Origin: Eledone cirrhosa
Lineage: Eukaryota
DNA length: 64,000 nucleotides
Reading direction: 5' to 3'
Assembly (NCBI GenBank): GCA_964016885.1
Contig: OZ024740.1
Coordinates: forward strand, 123,566,001-123,630,000
Part shown: in pieces, positions 43,141 to 56,509 of the stretch
How positions within the stretch are numbered: the stretch's first letter is position 1
Layout: each line of letters opens with the position of its first letter
Position numbers and translations under genes: made by a program
Notes under the pieces: model-generated
What the model was told of the DNA's origin: nothing
Database searches by the model: none
Seen by the model: the letters and a program-made list of their open reading frames with translations, nothing else

Positions 43141-46100
43141 ATAACTAGTAATTAAGGATAAAATGAAGACACAGATACACACAACAACCAAACTAACAAA
43201 AAAAATCAAACACACACTGATAGAACAAGTAAATAAACATATAAAAAAATAAACACATACACCCGAATGTAATGCATGCTCAAACTAAGCACACAACATA
43301 CAAAAACAAGATGGTGTAGGACAGAACAAAGGAGAGACACACAAAATAAAAACTTAGATGAAAGAGCTGTGACAATATATAAACAATCTTCCGGTTATCG
43401 AACCAACCAACCAACCAACCAGAAACTTTTAATAAATTGAAGTGAAAACCAACAGGTGTGTGTATTTTTATTGGCACGATGACCCTCACAAAGATAACCT
43501 ATTGTTATCCATTAGTATTAAGTGGAACTTGACAAAGCGGACCAAGGAAACTATGTTTCCATTAGTCTTTTCATTGCTGATAATATCTACCAGTTTTAAC
43601 TCCTGGCAGAAAGTGTAATGTGAAATAAATTGTCTTGTTCAAGTACATATATCACCTAGTCTTGGAATCATAATCATGACCTTATGATTGTGAATCCAGT
43701 TCTCAAACCACTGAGTGATATGTCAACATTATTTATCCATCCCCAAAAAATGAAAAGTAAAGTTGGCTTTGGTGGGGTTTGAAATTCGAACACAGGGAGC
43801 TGAATCAAATGCCAAGGCATTTAATCCAATGAAATAATTACTCTGTCAATTCTGCACATAGAACATACAAAGAGCAATGTAAATCAAAATTCCAGCTGCT
43901 GTTGCTATAATTGAAGTGATCACCTTGCATGATGCTTTTATGGTTCAGTTGATCATTCTTGTAGTATTTCCTTTCATGTATCTCAAGATAATTACTAAAG
44001 TGCATTTGTTGTACTCAGCTAACACAGCCACGTGAACTACATCATAAAACATGATGTTAGTTGTTACAAAGCATTATGTGGCTGAATGCTGTTCATGGTG
44101 ATTTAAACAGTAATGTACCTTTATTCATTACGTCAACAAAGAAAGAAGCCTCTACAAATTCACATCAAAACTAAATATATGAAAATCTCAAGTCAATGTG
44201 AAGCCTCTAAGCAGTCAAGCTATATGTTAGAAATAAAAGCTACATTTATCTTTATCTAAATGATACTATCTTTAAAAAATGGAAAGACACCATCGCTAAT
44301 ATAATTCTTGATACACTATTCCTGAAAACAAGACAAAGTGGTTAATACTGGGGTCAAGTAATAACAACACCAACATCAATAATTTATCTTAAGACGAAAA
44401 GAAATTTAGTGAATGAGAACTCGATTTGAAAAAAATAATATATTTTATTCTTAATTTGGCATGGTAATAGATTTATAGGGAATTGAGTCAGTCAGGCCAT
44501 TCCATATATGATGGCACATCAAGCATCAGTTTTCTAGAGTTACATATGCTTCTATGTTTGCCAGTGTCTATTAACTCTCTTTGAATCCGCCATAAATGTT
44601 CAACACCATGTGGCCAGTAGTCATCCTCAGGGTCATGTCCATGTCAATGCTGTTTTCACAGATCTATGATACAGCTGCTACCGATCATGACCACCTACTT
44701 GCAGTCATAATTTTGTTACCATATCTTGGAGTTTTCAGAATGCTGCTCTTCTTGAATCTTTGTTTGAAGATGATCATGACTAGTTTTCAAAGTTAAAAGT
44801 GGTTGGTTGGAAATGTTGTGACAGTATACTATGGATGGTTGCTCTTTCTGACACTAACCGTGACATATTTTAAGTAAGGTACTAAGCTTCATCTATTAAA
44901 CCTTTGAAATATAGGACTTTTTATGCATGAAAAACACAAAATAGTTATGAGTAGAATTACAGAGGATTGGGCTCTGCAAAGTTTATATACCTAAGACACA
45001 CCATATTACTATAGGACAATTACAACATAATCAGAATATATAGGTCCATTGACAGACACACTGCTAGACTTTAACAAACATATCTTCTTATTCTAAGTTA
45101 ATTATATATTAAAATGTTATCAGATTGCATCTAGATAAGACAATATTGCTTGTCACATCCAAAATATTTCTAGATTTAAAAACCATAAAATACACTCAGA
45201 AGCTCTTGGTTTTTCTAGAAATATTCAAATGCTGAAGCTGGATTTCTACCGCTAGAATTCATCAAAGCACCAACATCTCATTTTATATAATTTTCATATA
45301 AATGTCATTTAATACACATTTAATTGGTGATATTTGATATCAAGCAACGTTCTATATTATAACTGTATAGCCCTTTTGTCTGGCTGTCAAACAAATGCAA
45401 TGATCTGACAAAAAGGTTCTGATATTCTTTTCTTTAGTATTCATAAAGCACAAAGTCCTTCTCCAGAGTGCAAGTCTGGGCAAGGAAGACTGGCATTCAT
45501 TTCTGCGAACCAATCTCACCTTTCCATACCACCAAAGGAAAGGTATAACACAGATTGGCACCTGTGTTGTTTTTTCTAAAGAGTGAACTGGGACAGCATT
45601 GAAATAAGTTTTGCCAAGGAGACAATGTGCTATTCAGTCAAGTAATCAAAACTACAATATTACGATCATTATTTCAACACTCTAACCACCAGGCTACATA
45701 CCTAACAGTAGTAAATATGGTGAAGCTCATCATCTTCTTGTAACACACATATTAATATTTGGACCTAGCCTTGAAATGTAACAAAACATTCATTCAGTGA
45801 TTTTCATTATTTTAGCATGCCTTAACTCTCACAATATTTTCAAAATCTGACTATCTTAACCTACAAAAGTTAAATATATTAACCAAGGACAAAATACATC
45901 ACTGACCATTTAGATTGTAGCACCAACTTTTAACGATCTTGTCATCCCTGACTCTTAACATTGGATATATTTAAATAAATAAATTATTAGATTGATAAAT
46001 TCACAATATCTTTAATCCACCTGAATCAATCCACCTGAAACTGCCCCTTGTTTTATACTATAAAACTGTCTGTTTTAAATTGTTCATATTAACACCTATC

Positions 46101-47047
46101 ATCATGATTTAATGTAAGAACTTTATATTAGAGTCCAAACAAAGGCTAATGTAGTGCAAAATTGTACAAAATTCTTGGTAATTTTCAAAATCAATTGAAA
46201 CATGTGGTTATTTGATTTCCTAGGAAATATATTAATGAAAGAGTTAAGACTAAGTTAATTAAAAACAAAATGCATTAATTTTACCTGCTTACGTCGTTTT
46301 ATTGTTGCCAAATATTATATAATTTGCAATCCTATTAATGCCCAACTTATGTGGTATAAGCTAGCATATACAATGAAGATTTGACACTTTATATATTTGC
46401 ATATTAAATCTATCCTTTTTATTGCTGGAGTTGTTCATCAAATGAGAAACAGATGTCACCATTTGTTGGTCGTGTGGAAGGAAGCTAGTAAAATTATGTC
46501 TCTATCACACAGCAGACATATGTATGTGGCAAATTTTAAACTATTGTGCATCTGTTCAGGAGTTAATCAGCTTAAATGCACTGCCACTGTTCCAATTCTA
46601 ATGAAGGAGATGGTGTTTATAATACTGAACATCTATTATTAAAATTCAATTGCAGTGAGAGCCATAAATAAAAATTCTGTATTAATATAGTGCACAAATC
46701 AGTATAATTCTGTGTGATGTATTCAAAGTGTAGTATCAGTGATGAAGATACTGAAAGAATTTGATAGTTAATTCTCTGTTTTTGCAAAGCGTATCATACT
46801 ACAAGAATTGATGGGGATGAAAATTACATAGAGTTAAAATAGATGCATATAGAATGATATTTAACAGAAAAGTATAATGCATTGAGCTTATCAATTCATG
46901 TCTGATTTAAATGATCAAAATGATGCTAGAACAATGTAAATACACAAACTCTAAGCAGCCACAAGAAAGTAATCCTAAAGGCTCTTAGTGAATTGGTCAC
47001 AGGGTTATTTACTTTGGTAAACGCCACTGCAGACCAACCACTAAATA

Positions 47048-50000
47048 AATTCGATACAGATATAATAAGGTTAACAAACTCGCTCGTGAGTGAACTGTCC
47101 GAGAGCCGGTCGCCAAAAAACCAAGATGTCTCTTTTCTCCCTCCTTTATAATCCCTAGACCGGAAGTTCAAGGAATCTTCTAGAATTCAACGGGAAGTAA
47201 CTCCAAATAGTTTTTTCTCCCCGGGCAAGGTGGCGCTTGTCGCTACAAGGCTCCCCTCCAGACGATAGTTGATAATAACCGTAAGGTCATTGTAGCGAGG
47301 AGCCGTAGAATAAGGAGCAAGGTACATAAATTACAATGGTTTATAACAGAAGCAAAGTATGAAAATAAACATGCAGAAAAATTTAACTGGAACAATACAA
47401 TTCAAAACAGTACAAGGGAGCAAGGAAAATAGTGCTCAAAATAAGTTCAACATTTTTCAAAGTCAAATAGTTAATGCTACTAGGGGTTAGACGAATATTG
47501 TTTTTGAGAGTTTCCGTGGCCATATTACTGTCCTGCCACTTCGTGTGACATATGGTTGTGTGGTATGTGGTGTTTGCGGTGGAGGTGAAGGTGTTTGTGT
47601 GGGAGTGTATGTGCGAGGTATGTCAGGCAATGATATGAGACTTTCAGAGAAAGCTTTCTTTGCTCTCATCATCACCGTTTTACGTCCGTTCTTCCACGCT
47701 AGCATGGGTTAGACGGGTTGTCCTGTTGTGGGCAGTGTCTGGTCGGCTGACCATGCCTTGCTCATACAGGAACTGATCTGGCTTGATTTCTACAGCTGGA
47801 TGCCCTTCCTAACACCAACCTCATTTACAGTGAGTGCTGGGTGCTTTTTCGTGGCGCCTACACGTCCACTTTACAGTGTGGGCTGGGTGCTTTTTTGCCG
47901 TGGCACCTCCACGGCCACCTTGCGGTGGGGGGGGGGGCATATTGTTTATATGCTTCAGCATGTACCCATGGGAGGTCGGGTACCCTGTATTACTGCGTGA
48001 CGCCAGAAGTCACGGTCGTGTGTCATTGACTTTGAGAGGTGTAGTTGGGTAAGGTCGGCTTTTATCACCTCATCCCAAGTCATCTTGGGTCTCCCCACTC
48101 CGCGGTTTCCATCAACTTCTAGTGCTCTGCACCTTTTTATGCAGCTGTCATCCTTCATACGCATCACATGTCCATACCAGCGTAACCGCCTCTCCTGCAC
48201 GCAGCATTTGATTCCTCTTATGCTCAGTCTCTCTCTCAATTCCTTTATGCTTTGTCGTTCACGTATATTACTGTTACACATCCATCGGAGCATGCAGGCT
48301 TCGTTTCTCTCTAATCTACGTAAGTCTTCCACCTTCAGCGCCCAGGTCTCACTACCATGCAACATCGCTGTTCGGATACACGCATCATACAGTCTGCCTT
48401 TCATTCTGAGGGAGAAGCCTTTTGCAGCTAGCAGTGGTAGTAGTTCCCTAAACTTCTTCCATCCCGTTCTTACCCTAGTTATTGTACTTTCTGAGCACCC
48501 ACCTCCGTTGCTAATTCGGTCACCTAGGTAGCAGTGGCTGTCTACTGTTTCTACAGGGCCCTCCCAGAGATTGGTGGTACTTGTTTCCTGTGGCTGTTTG
48601 CTTGCTGTTTCAGCACAGCTGCTGCATGTGAATCCTACATTCTTAATTAAGCTTCCTGAGATCCCGCTACATCTCTTGTGTACCCATTGTTTGCATTTGG
48701 GGCAGAGAATGGAGTTCCTACCTACACCTTTCCTACATACTGAGCAAGGCCATTTCCCTGAGGGGATCTGGGTTCTGTTTTCTCGTCTACTTACAAGGAC
48801 CTTAGTCTTTGTCATGTTGACTTTGAGGCCCTTTCTCTCTAGTCCCTGCTTCCAGGTTTGGAATTTATTCTCTAGTTCTACCATAGATTCAGCTATGAGT
48901 GCGAGGTCATCAGCATACAGGAGTTCCCATGGGCATCCGGTCTTAAACTCCTCCGTTATTGCCTGCAGGACTATGATGAACAGGAGAGGGCTAAGAACAG
49001 AGCCCTGGTGGACCCCAACCTGTACGCTAAATTCCTCGCTATACTCATTGCCAATCCTAACTTTGCTGACTGCTCCCCTATACATGGCTTGTACCGCTTT
49101 CACAAGCCATTCATCTACTCCTAGTTTTCTAAGAGCCCACCAGATTACTGCACGTGGAACTCTGTCAAAGGCTTTCTCAAGGTCGACAAATGCCAAGTAG
49201 AGTGGCTTACTTTTAGCTAGGTACTTTTCCTGTAATTGCCTCACAAGGAAGAGGGCATCAGTGGTGCCTTTCCCTGGTACAAACCCAAATTGCATCTCGT
49301 CTATATTCACCCGGTCCCTAATCAGCTGTGCTATAACTCTTTCTGTTACTTTCATGACCTGGTCCATCAACTTTATACCTGTATAGTTTCCTCTATCTAG
49401 TGCATCGCCTTTACCTTTGTAGCAGTTGACAATGATGCTACTGCACCAATCTTTTGGTATGGCCCCCTCTAGTATTACCTGGTTAACGATACGTGTGGTT
49501 ATAGTGTGACCTACAGACCCAGATGCCTTCAGCATCTCGGCAGCTATACCCGATGGACCGGTTGCCTTCCCTATCTTCATATCTCTGATTGCCTTACTTA
49601 CTACGCTGCCGCTGACTTGTACTGCTGGTCCCTCTATAGGGTCTACGTGGGGTAGGGTCTCTTCTTCCCATGCATTCTCCTCATTTAGTAATCTATCATA
49701 ATGACTCTTCCATGCATCTTTCTTCTCAGCACTTGTGAGGGCAAGCTCACCAACGGATATTACCTCTTTTCGACCATTGACAGCCACTGTAAAGTGTTTT
49801 GGTGTGTGCGAAAGCACACGAAAAGGTCCATTATAATGTGACGTAAGAGGTCCCTTGGCGGAATCATTCCGTATGAAAATGTGTGTCCACGTAGAGATGT
49901 CCGACAGGACAACAGAAGAAATAGACTGGTCACGAGGGTTCATTGGTGGAAGATCCGAGAAATACGAACGAATCCTGGTGACATATGATGCTGGGTCAAG

Positions 50001-50726
50001 ATGCGATGAATCCACCGGTGCTAACATTTGACCAGGAAGAGTCAATGTGGTATCATAAAGAAGTTCAGCAGAAGAGAAACCTAAATCTGTCTTAATGGCA
50101 GAACGACAACCAAGAAGCACGATTGGCAAGGCAGTAATATGGCCACGGAAACTCTCAAAAACGATATTCGTCTAACCCCTAGTAGCATTAACTATTTGAC
50201 TTTGAAAAATGTTGAACTTATTTTGAGCACTATTTTCCTTGCTTCCTTGTACTATTTTGAATTGTATTGTGCCAGTTACATTTTTCTGTATGTTTATTTT
50301 CATACTTTGCTTCTGTTACAAACCATTGTAATTTATGTACCGTTTGTTTTTCTTGCTCCTTATTCTACGGCTCCTCGCTAAAATGACCTTACGGTTATTA
50401 TCAACTATCATCTGGAGGAGAGCCTTGTAGCGACTAGCGCCACCTTTCCCGGGGAGAAAAAACTAATTGGAGTTACTTTCCGTTGAATTCTAGAAGATTC
50501 CTTGAACTTCCGGTCTAGGGATTAATTTGATACAGATATAATAAAGTTAATAAACTCGCTCGTGAGTGAACTGTCCGAGAGCCGGTCGCCAAAAAAATCA
50601 AGATGTCTCTTTTCTCCCTCCTTTATAATCCCTAGACCGGAAGTTCAAGAAAATCTTCTAGAATTCAACGGGAAGTAACTCCAATTAGTTTTTTCTCTCC
50701 GGGCAAGGTGGCGCTACTCGCTACAG
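47048..50726 (-). mobile_element. Rearranged Ty3/Gypsy LTR retrotransposon remnant (integrase C-terminus, PPT, LTR pieces)
   Basis: PIVLLGCRSAIKTDLGFSSAELLY..LPG, YNGPFRV, TRSGRTV (49751-50129 and 47487-47665); PPT GGAGGGGAGCC followed by TGTAGCG at 47247; second LTR-start copy at 50525-50726. Confidence 0.85.
47666..49750 (-). mobile_element. Young 5'-truncated RTE LINE inserted into the Gypsy integrase
   Basis: Open RT frame (YKGKGD, QFGF, FVDLEKAFD, GVHQGSVLSP, YADD), PHD-like C4HC3, WYGHVMR; (GAT)n tail. Confidence 0.93.
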
Positions 50727-51494
50727 GCTTCAACGAGGCTATAAAATAATTAACAATAATAAAATATCTGAATATTTTAGCTAACATCTGTACACTAAAA
50801 TGATATATCAATAACAAGGTTGTACATATATTGTGGATGACATTGATATTTAATATTATATACTATTAGAAAAATACAATAAAGTAAATATAAAAATATA
50901 TGCATGATTTATCCTTATAACACCAATTGTTAATTGTTGACAGAAAGCTATAAAACTGAAAGCTTAAATGAGTTCTAATGTTCCTTTATATTTGAACAAA
51001 ATCATTGTTGGCAAGCAATTACGATATTAGATGATTGTGATATGACATGATATGACACACACACACATATATATATAAAATTATAATTGGTGCTCTGAAA
51101 TAGCGATATATATATGAATGTATATATATTGTATTTTGCAATACACTGTATGCTTATTTAAAATAATTTTGAAGACCTTACGCTATTGTTTTAAAGTAGT
51201 GAATATGTCACTTACTTCTTTTTTCAGCAAACAAAGGGAGATAAGCTGACAAATCTATGTTTCATACTGTTGGTATTCCTCAGAGCTTAGCACTTCCTTT
51301 GTTTGTTGAAAATTATTAATGTTGGATTCTTATAGAATTCCAGTAATAATCAGGAACTGATTATACAGAGCGGTTGCCGGTCAAGTAAAAACTGAAAATT
51401 AGAATTAGTGCACTGAAATAGCGATATAGATGAATGTATGATTATTACGGGAATTCTATAAGAATCCAACATTCATAATTTTCAATGTGGTTAG

Positions 51495-51558
<64 letters not shown>

Positions 51559-51763
51559 ATAATAATAAAATTGAAGACTAAAATCCAAAGAGGGCTCGAT
51601 AAGGAAAATATATATCAAATATATAAGAACCGTAGAGCAAATATTTATTAAAATAACAGATTAAAGTTTAAGCAAAGAATCGCTGCTTTAACCCTTAACA
51701 GGATCTTCTGAAACTAACAATATTGGCTCCCTCGGTTGAGCACTCTACTGACTTATATTCATC

Positions 51764-53810
51764 ATGCAGAAACAACATCTGAATATTTCTACAAAGCAGG
51801 AAAACATACCTAAAACTCGTGAAACAGACGCGTTCATTAAAAGGTTGCGTTGGTGTGCCTTTTATTTCTATAATCCGCGAAAAGCAGACAACAAACAGGA
51901 TAAATTTGGATTTAAAACCTATAATAACACTCCGTGGAACACAGCATTGCTACCCTTCGAAAATGATGTCTTGGAACTCATTCGGAGTATCAAATTTCGG
52001 AATAGGAGCAATTCCTTCCAGCAAGACCTGAAGAATAGAATTCGTTCTATTAAGGATTCTAACGCCGTGCACGTCCATTCCGACAAAACTGGCAACCGAT
52101 ATCTTAAAACTAATCGGTGCGTCATCAATGAAATCAACGATGCTGGGTTTAAAATCTCATCTGATCTCAACATCCTGGACCGGACCGAACCTCTGGACCC
52201 TATCTCTACCCACTTTACCCTGAAGGATCACAAATCCAATTTTCCGAACAACCCCTCTATTCGGCTTATTAACCCTACGAAGTCCGATTTAGGTAGACTT
52301 GGTAAAACGATTCTTGATAGAATTACCTGAAATTAGAACTTTGGGCCCTCTCGCACTGTGGAACAATTCTTTCGCGGTGATTGATTGGTTCAACGGCATA
52401 TGTAACAGGGAACATTGCCGTTTTATCCAATTCGACATCAACAATTACTACTCCTCCATCACTTTACCACTTCTCCTTAGAGCTATCAATTTTGCTAAAA
52501 CACTCACAGTGGTTAAAGATTTCGAAGTTGATGTCATCCTTAATTTCCGAAAGTCGGTGATTAATTTCGACGACTCTATTTGGATTAAAAAATCCAATAG
52601 TACCCCATTCGACGTGAGTATGGGCGCCAGTGACTCTGCGGAGGTTACTGATCTTATTGGCCTTTTCCTTCTTTTCTCTATCAAGGACGAATTCCCCAAC
52701 GCGGGCGGTGGTTTGTACCGTGACGATGGTCTTTTGACCATGACTAAGTGCGGACCTCGTGCTTGCGACAGGTTCAGAAACGAACTCACAGCCTTCTTTA
52801 AAGGCTTCAACCTCTCTATACAGGTTGAGGCCAATCTCTCGGTCGTTAATTACCTCGACGTTACCCTCAATTTATTGAATGGGTTGTATTACACGTATAG
52901 AAAGCCGAATGATACGCTTAATTACATAAGTAAGCATTCCAACCATCCTTCCAGCATAACCAAGAACCTGGTAAGAAACGTTTCGTTGAGGCTTTCCCGT
53001 CTTTCCACCAACGAGCGCATTTTCAACGACCATTCCACTTATTACAATGAAGCTCTTGCTCGAAGTGGATTTGTCGATAAGGTAGCATATACAGAGTACG
53101 AAAATAGACCTAGAAGAAATAGATCCCGTCGCATTTGTTGGTTTAACCCACCATATAATATGGAGGTGGCCACACCATTAGCTAAGATCTTTCTTTCCCT
53201 TATTACGAAGCATTTTCCCCCTACACATAAATATAGTAAAATTTTTAATAGAAATACTATTAAAATTTCTTACTCTACGACTCCTAACCTTGCACATAAC
53301 ATCACAGCTTCAAATTTAGCTAAACTACCTAGCCGTAGGAACACGTGCAACCCTGTAGTTAGTACTAACTGTAATTGTAGGAATCGGGCTGATTGGCCCC
53401 TATCCGGGAAATGCCTCTCTAGTAACATCGTCTACAAATGTAAGGTTGTAACACCCACGTCCCGTAGGGCCTACATAGGATTAACCGCCAAGAGTTTCAA
53501 GCAGCGTCTTTACATGCATACCCATTCTTTTCGTTACCCTCTAAGAAGGCATATGACGTCACGTTCAGCTTATATCTGGAGTCTAAAAGACAACCACACC
53601 CAATATAAGTTACACTGGGTGATCCTAGCTAGGGCTAGATCGTATAACGGAAATAAAAGACCATGTGACCTCTGCGCCGCTGAGGCCCTGGAAATACTCT
53701 ACGCCACAGACCACATCTTAAACAAAAAATCTGAGGCAATTTTGGCTTGTAAACATAAATTGCACAAAACTTTCCTGTATTACAGCCCTACGTTATACCC
53801 TAACGGATAG
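51764..53810 (+). pseudogene. Naiad-like PLE RT + GIY-YIG with small deletions and frameshifts
   Basis: FIKRLRW, SDKT, TLKDHK, RLINP, QFDI..YYSSI, FDVSMG..D.AEV, LYRDDGL, SNHP, WFNPPY, YIGLT, CDLC, CKH. Confidence 0.92.
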
Positions 53811-54737
53811 CACGATCTATACGTGGATATTTTACATCTTGATGTGGGAGCTAAGTATATGTTTGTTTATTCCTTTACTTATTTGCATAGGTAAGTATAT
53901 ATTACCCGTATGTTTTGTGAAGGTATGTATACCTTCTCGTACGTATATTTGACTGGTATGGCGTATAATGTTTAAATATTCTGGTATTTAGGGTTTGGCT
54001 ATGCGTATACGGGAGTTTTGCGTCTGCGTGAGTATGGAGGTTCGTACGTATGGTGGGTGTGTGTATATGTGTACTTCTTGTTTTAGTTGACTTACGTCTC
54101 CGAACATTCGTGTATTTATATGTAGGTATGTGTGTGCGCTTGTTATATACGTATTTATTTACTTACATACGTTTATATTATTATTTATTTATTTGTACAC
54201 AAGCATACACACACACACATATTTATATGTGCGTGGTTTTGTATACCTATGGTAAGGTTTTGCGTATGCTTGTGTATGTACGTATCTGTTTACGTGTATG
54301 TATTTATTTGTTTCTATTACTTCTGTATTGTATTTATTTACTTTGTTCTTAACTCTGTAGCGGAGATTCATTTGGTTTCCTAGTTAGAATTTTAGTCTAC
54401 GACTTCTGCTATACCATTTACGTGGTTTTGTCTTTGCGTGCTATTGTTCTCCACGATCCACATATGACTTATTATCTTCGTTTTTTCGTTCATTGCCAGA
54501 GAACGTCTCTATGCACCACCTAAGAGAACATTAGTATACGACCTCTTTTATACCATAAACGTGGTTCTGTCTTTGCGCGTAATGGTTTTTCACCGCTCCT
54601 ATTAATGACGTATTATTCGTTTTTCCCCGTTCTTTGCCAGCGAACGTTTCCACGAGCCAAAGTATCGTCTTCCTGTCTTCCTCCGGTTGCAACGTTTTTT
54701 GAAATATCCACTTCTGCGTTTACAGATTGACTTTGTT

Positions 54738-54788
54738 AGTTTCAGAAGATCCCGTTAAGGGTGAAAGCAGCGATTCTTTGCTTAAACT
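54738..54788 (+). ncRNA. Hammerhead-like motif with variant core CAGAAGA
   Basis: AGTTT CAGAAGA T CCC gttaa GGG T GAA AGCA gcgattctt TGCT T AAACT; further copies at 51665-51715 (-), 56536-56586 (-), 59310-59359 (+) and 38628-38678 (-). Confidence 0.7.
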
Positions 54789-54824
54789 TTAATCTGTTAT
54801 TTTAATAAATATATATATATATAT

Positions 54825-55763
54825 ATACATTTAAAGTGTACGATAAACACGAAATGTGTTTACATTGCAACAGACAAAGTTAGCCGTTAATGAAATAAAC
54901 TAATAAAAGTGAATACAATTTATCTGTCTCGATATAAGTCAATAAAGACAATATTATATTGGCAACAGCCATGATTCCTGAACATATTTAAATTTCAAAA
55001 TTCAAACCTGTTCTGTAGACGAATTTGAACCTCGAAACCCAAATAAGTTTCGCAACGGTGGAATGTGAATTGAAAAATAAAGAGAATCGAAATGGAATAG
55101 AAATAAAAGAGTGAAATACCCAAATCTTCTGTGCTTATCAACAGGAATCCAGTAAGATTAGTCTATCACACATCAAAAATTTTGCAGGACTGACTACACG
55201 TGGGTAGGCAGGCCAGAACTAGCTATCCCACATTCACGGTGCTAGAAATCCTGCATAAGCGGCTGTTATTTCTAGCACCGTGAATGTGGGATAGCTAGTT
55301 TTGGCCTGCCTACCCACGTGTAGTCAGTCCTGCAAAATTTTTGATGTGTGATAGACTAATCTTACTGGATTCCTGTTGATAAGCACAGAAGATTTGGGTA
55401 TTTCACTCTTTTATTTCTATTCCATTTCGATTCTCTTTATTTTTCAATTCAAATTCCACCGTTGCGAAACTTATTTGGGTTTCGAGGTTCAAATTCGGCT
55501 ACAGAACAGGTTTGAATTTTGAAATTTAAATATGTCCAGGAATCATGGCTGTTGCCAATATAATATTGTCTTTATTGACTTATATCGAGACAGACAAATT
55601 GTATTCACTTTTATTAGTTTATTTCATTAACGGCTAACTTTGTCTGTTGCAATGTAAACACATTTCGTGTTTATCGTACACTTTAAATGTATTAACTGCT
55701 CGGAAGAGACCCTTCCTGGAGCTTAATTATTGTAAACGACTGAGAGTTTATTCTCAAAATATA

Positions 55764-55765
<2 letters not shown>
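54825..55765. repeat. Near-perfect palindrome of about 870 bp (arms 54825-55249 and 55268-55692) plus a tail of about 70 nt
   Basis: atacatttaaagtgtacgataaac...gtttatcgtacactttaaatgtat; few mismatches; (TA)n on both flanks. Confidence 0.9.
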
Positions 55766-55838
<73 letters not shown>

Positions 55839-56509
55839 ATGCATATGTATGTGCATATGTGCATAAATGTATGTATGTGTATATATATCTGTGAGTGTAT
55901 GTGTATGTATATCTACGGATGTGTATATACATGTGTGTGTGTGTGCATGTATATATACGGGTGCGTTAACGTGTGTGTGTATGCGTGCGTATATAAACGC
56001 GCGCCTCTCTGTGTGACTATTTCTGTGTTAACGTAAGCACACAAGCTACTCTGAATGTATCTTCTCACTGTGTCTCTGTGTGTATGTGCGGGTGGGAGTG
56101 TGGGCTGACAAACAGCAGTCATTTTGCCGACGGGGCAGTGAGTGAGTGACAGCTATCATCCTGACGATAAGCGGGCTGCTAGAAGTGGTCAGAATAATGA
56201 TGTAGTCACTAACTAGTGACCAACTCAAGGACACGCAAAGCGGATGGAGGTGGACGATATGCGCTTGTAGGGCCAGAAAACACCAGAAAGAGGATTTGTT
56301 CCGAAATCAATAGTCATGTCCGAGGAACCTGCGAGTATAGAGTCAGGTAGATCCACACATGGATCGCACCTCGAGCTGTTCGCCGGGGAAACACTTACAA
56401 CAGACAATAAATTGAGTTCTGATGCATCACTGACTTTTCGTTTTCCATTCTATAATACTCTGCTCTGTAGGAGCATAGAGTGCTACCATTATATATATAT
56501 ATATATATA

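Larger units (their letters stand above)
51553..54810 (+). mobile_element. Near full-length Naiad-like PLE with inverted 5' pLTR
   Basis: ORF 51764-53810; 51632-51720 is inverted relative to 54733-54812; extra tail 51553-51631. Confidence 0.92.

Noticed and set aside
51085-51490. Cluster of short inverted and direct repeats (51305-51352 against 51439-51486; 51085 against 51403)
   Set aside because: The repeats are real but too degenerate to assign; no ribozyme core or clear termini.
51764-53810. Selenoprotein-type Naiad (in-frame TGA at Cys positions plus SECIS)
   Set aside because: The conserved Cys positions I checked in the Naiad-like copies are Cys codons or ordinary substitutions (one TGG). 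I saw no in-frame TGA there.
55375-55490. Hammerhead within the 870-bp palindrome (CAGAAGA or TTGATAA ... GAAAC)
   Set aside because: No consistent stem I could be formed.
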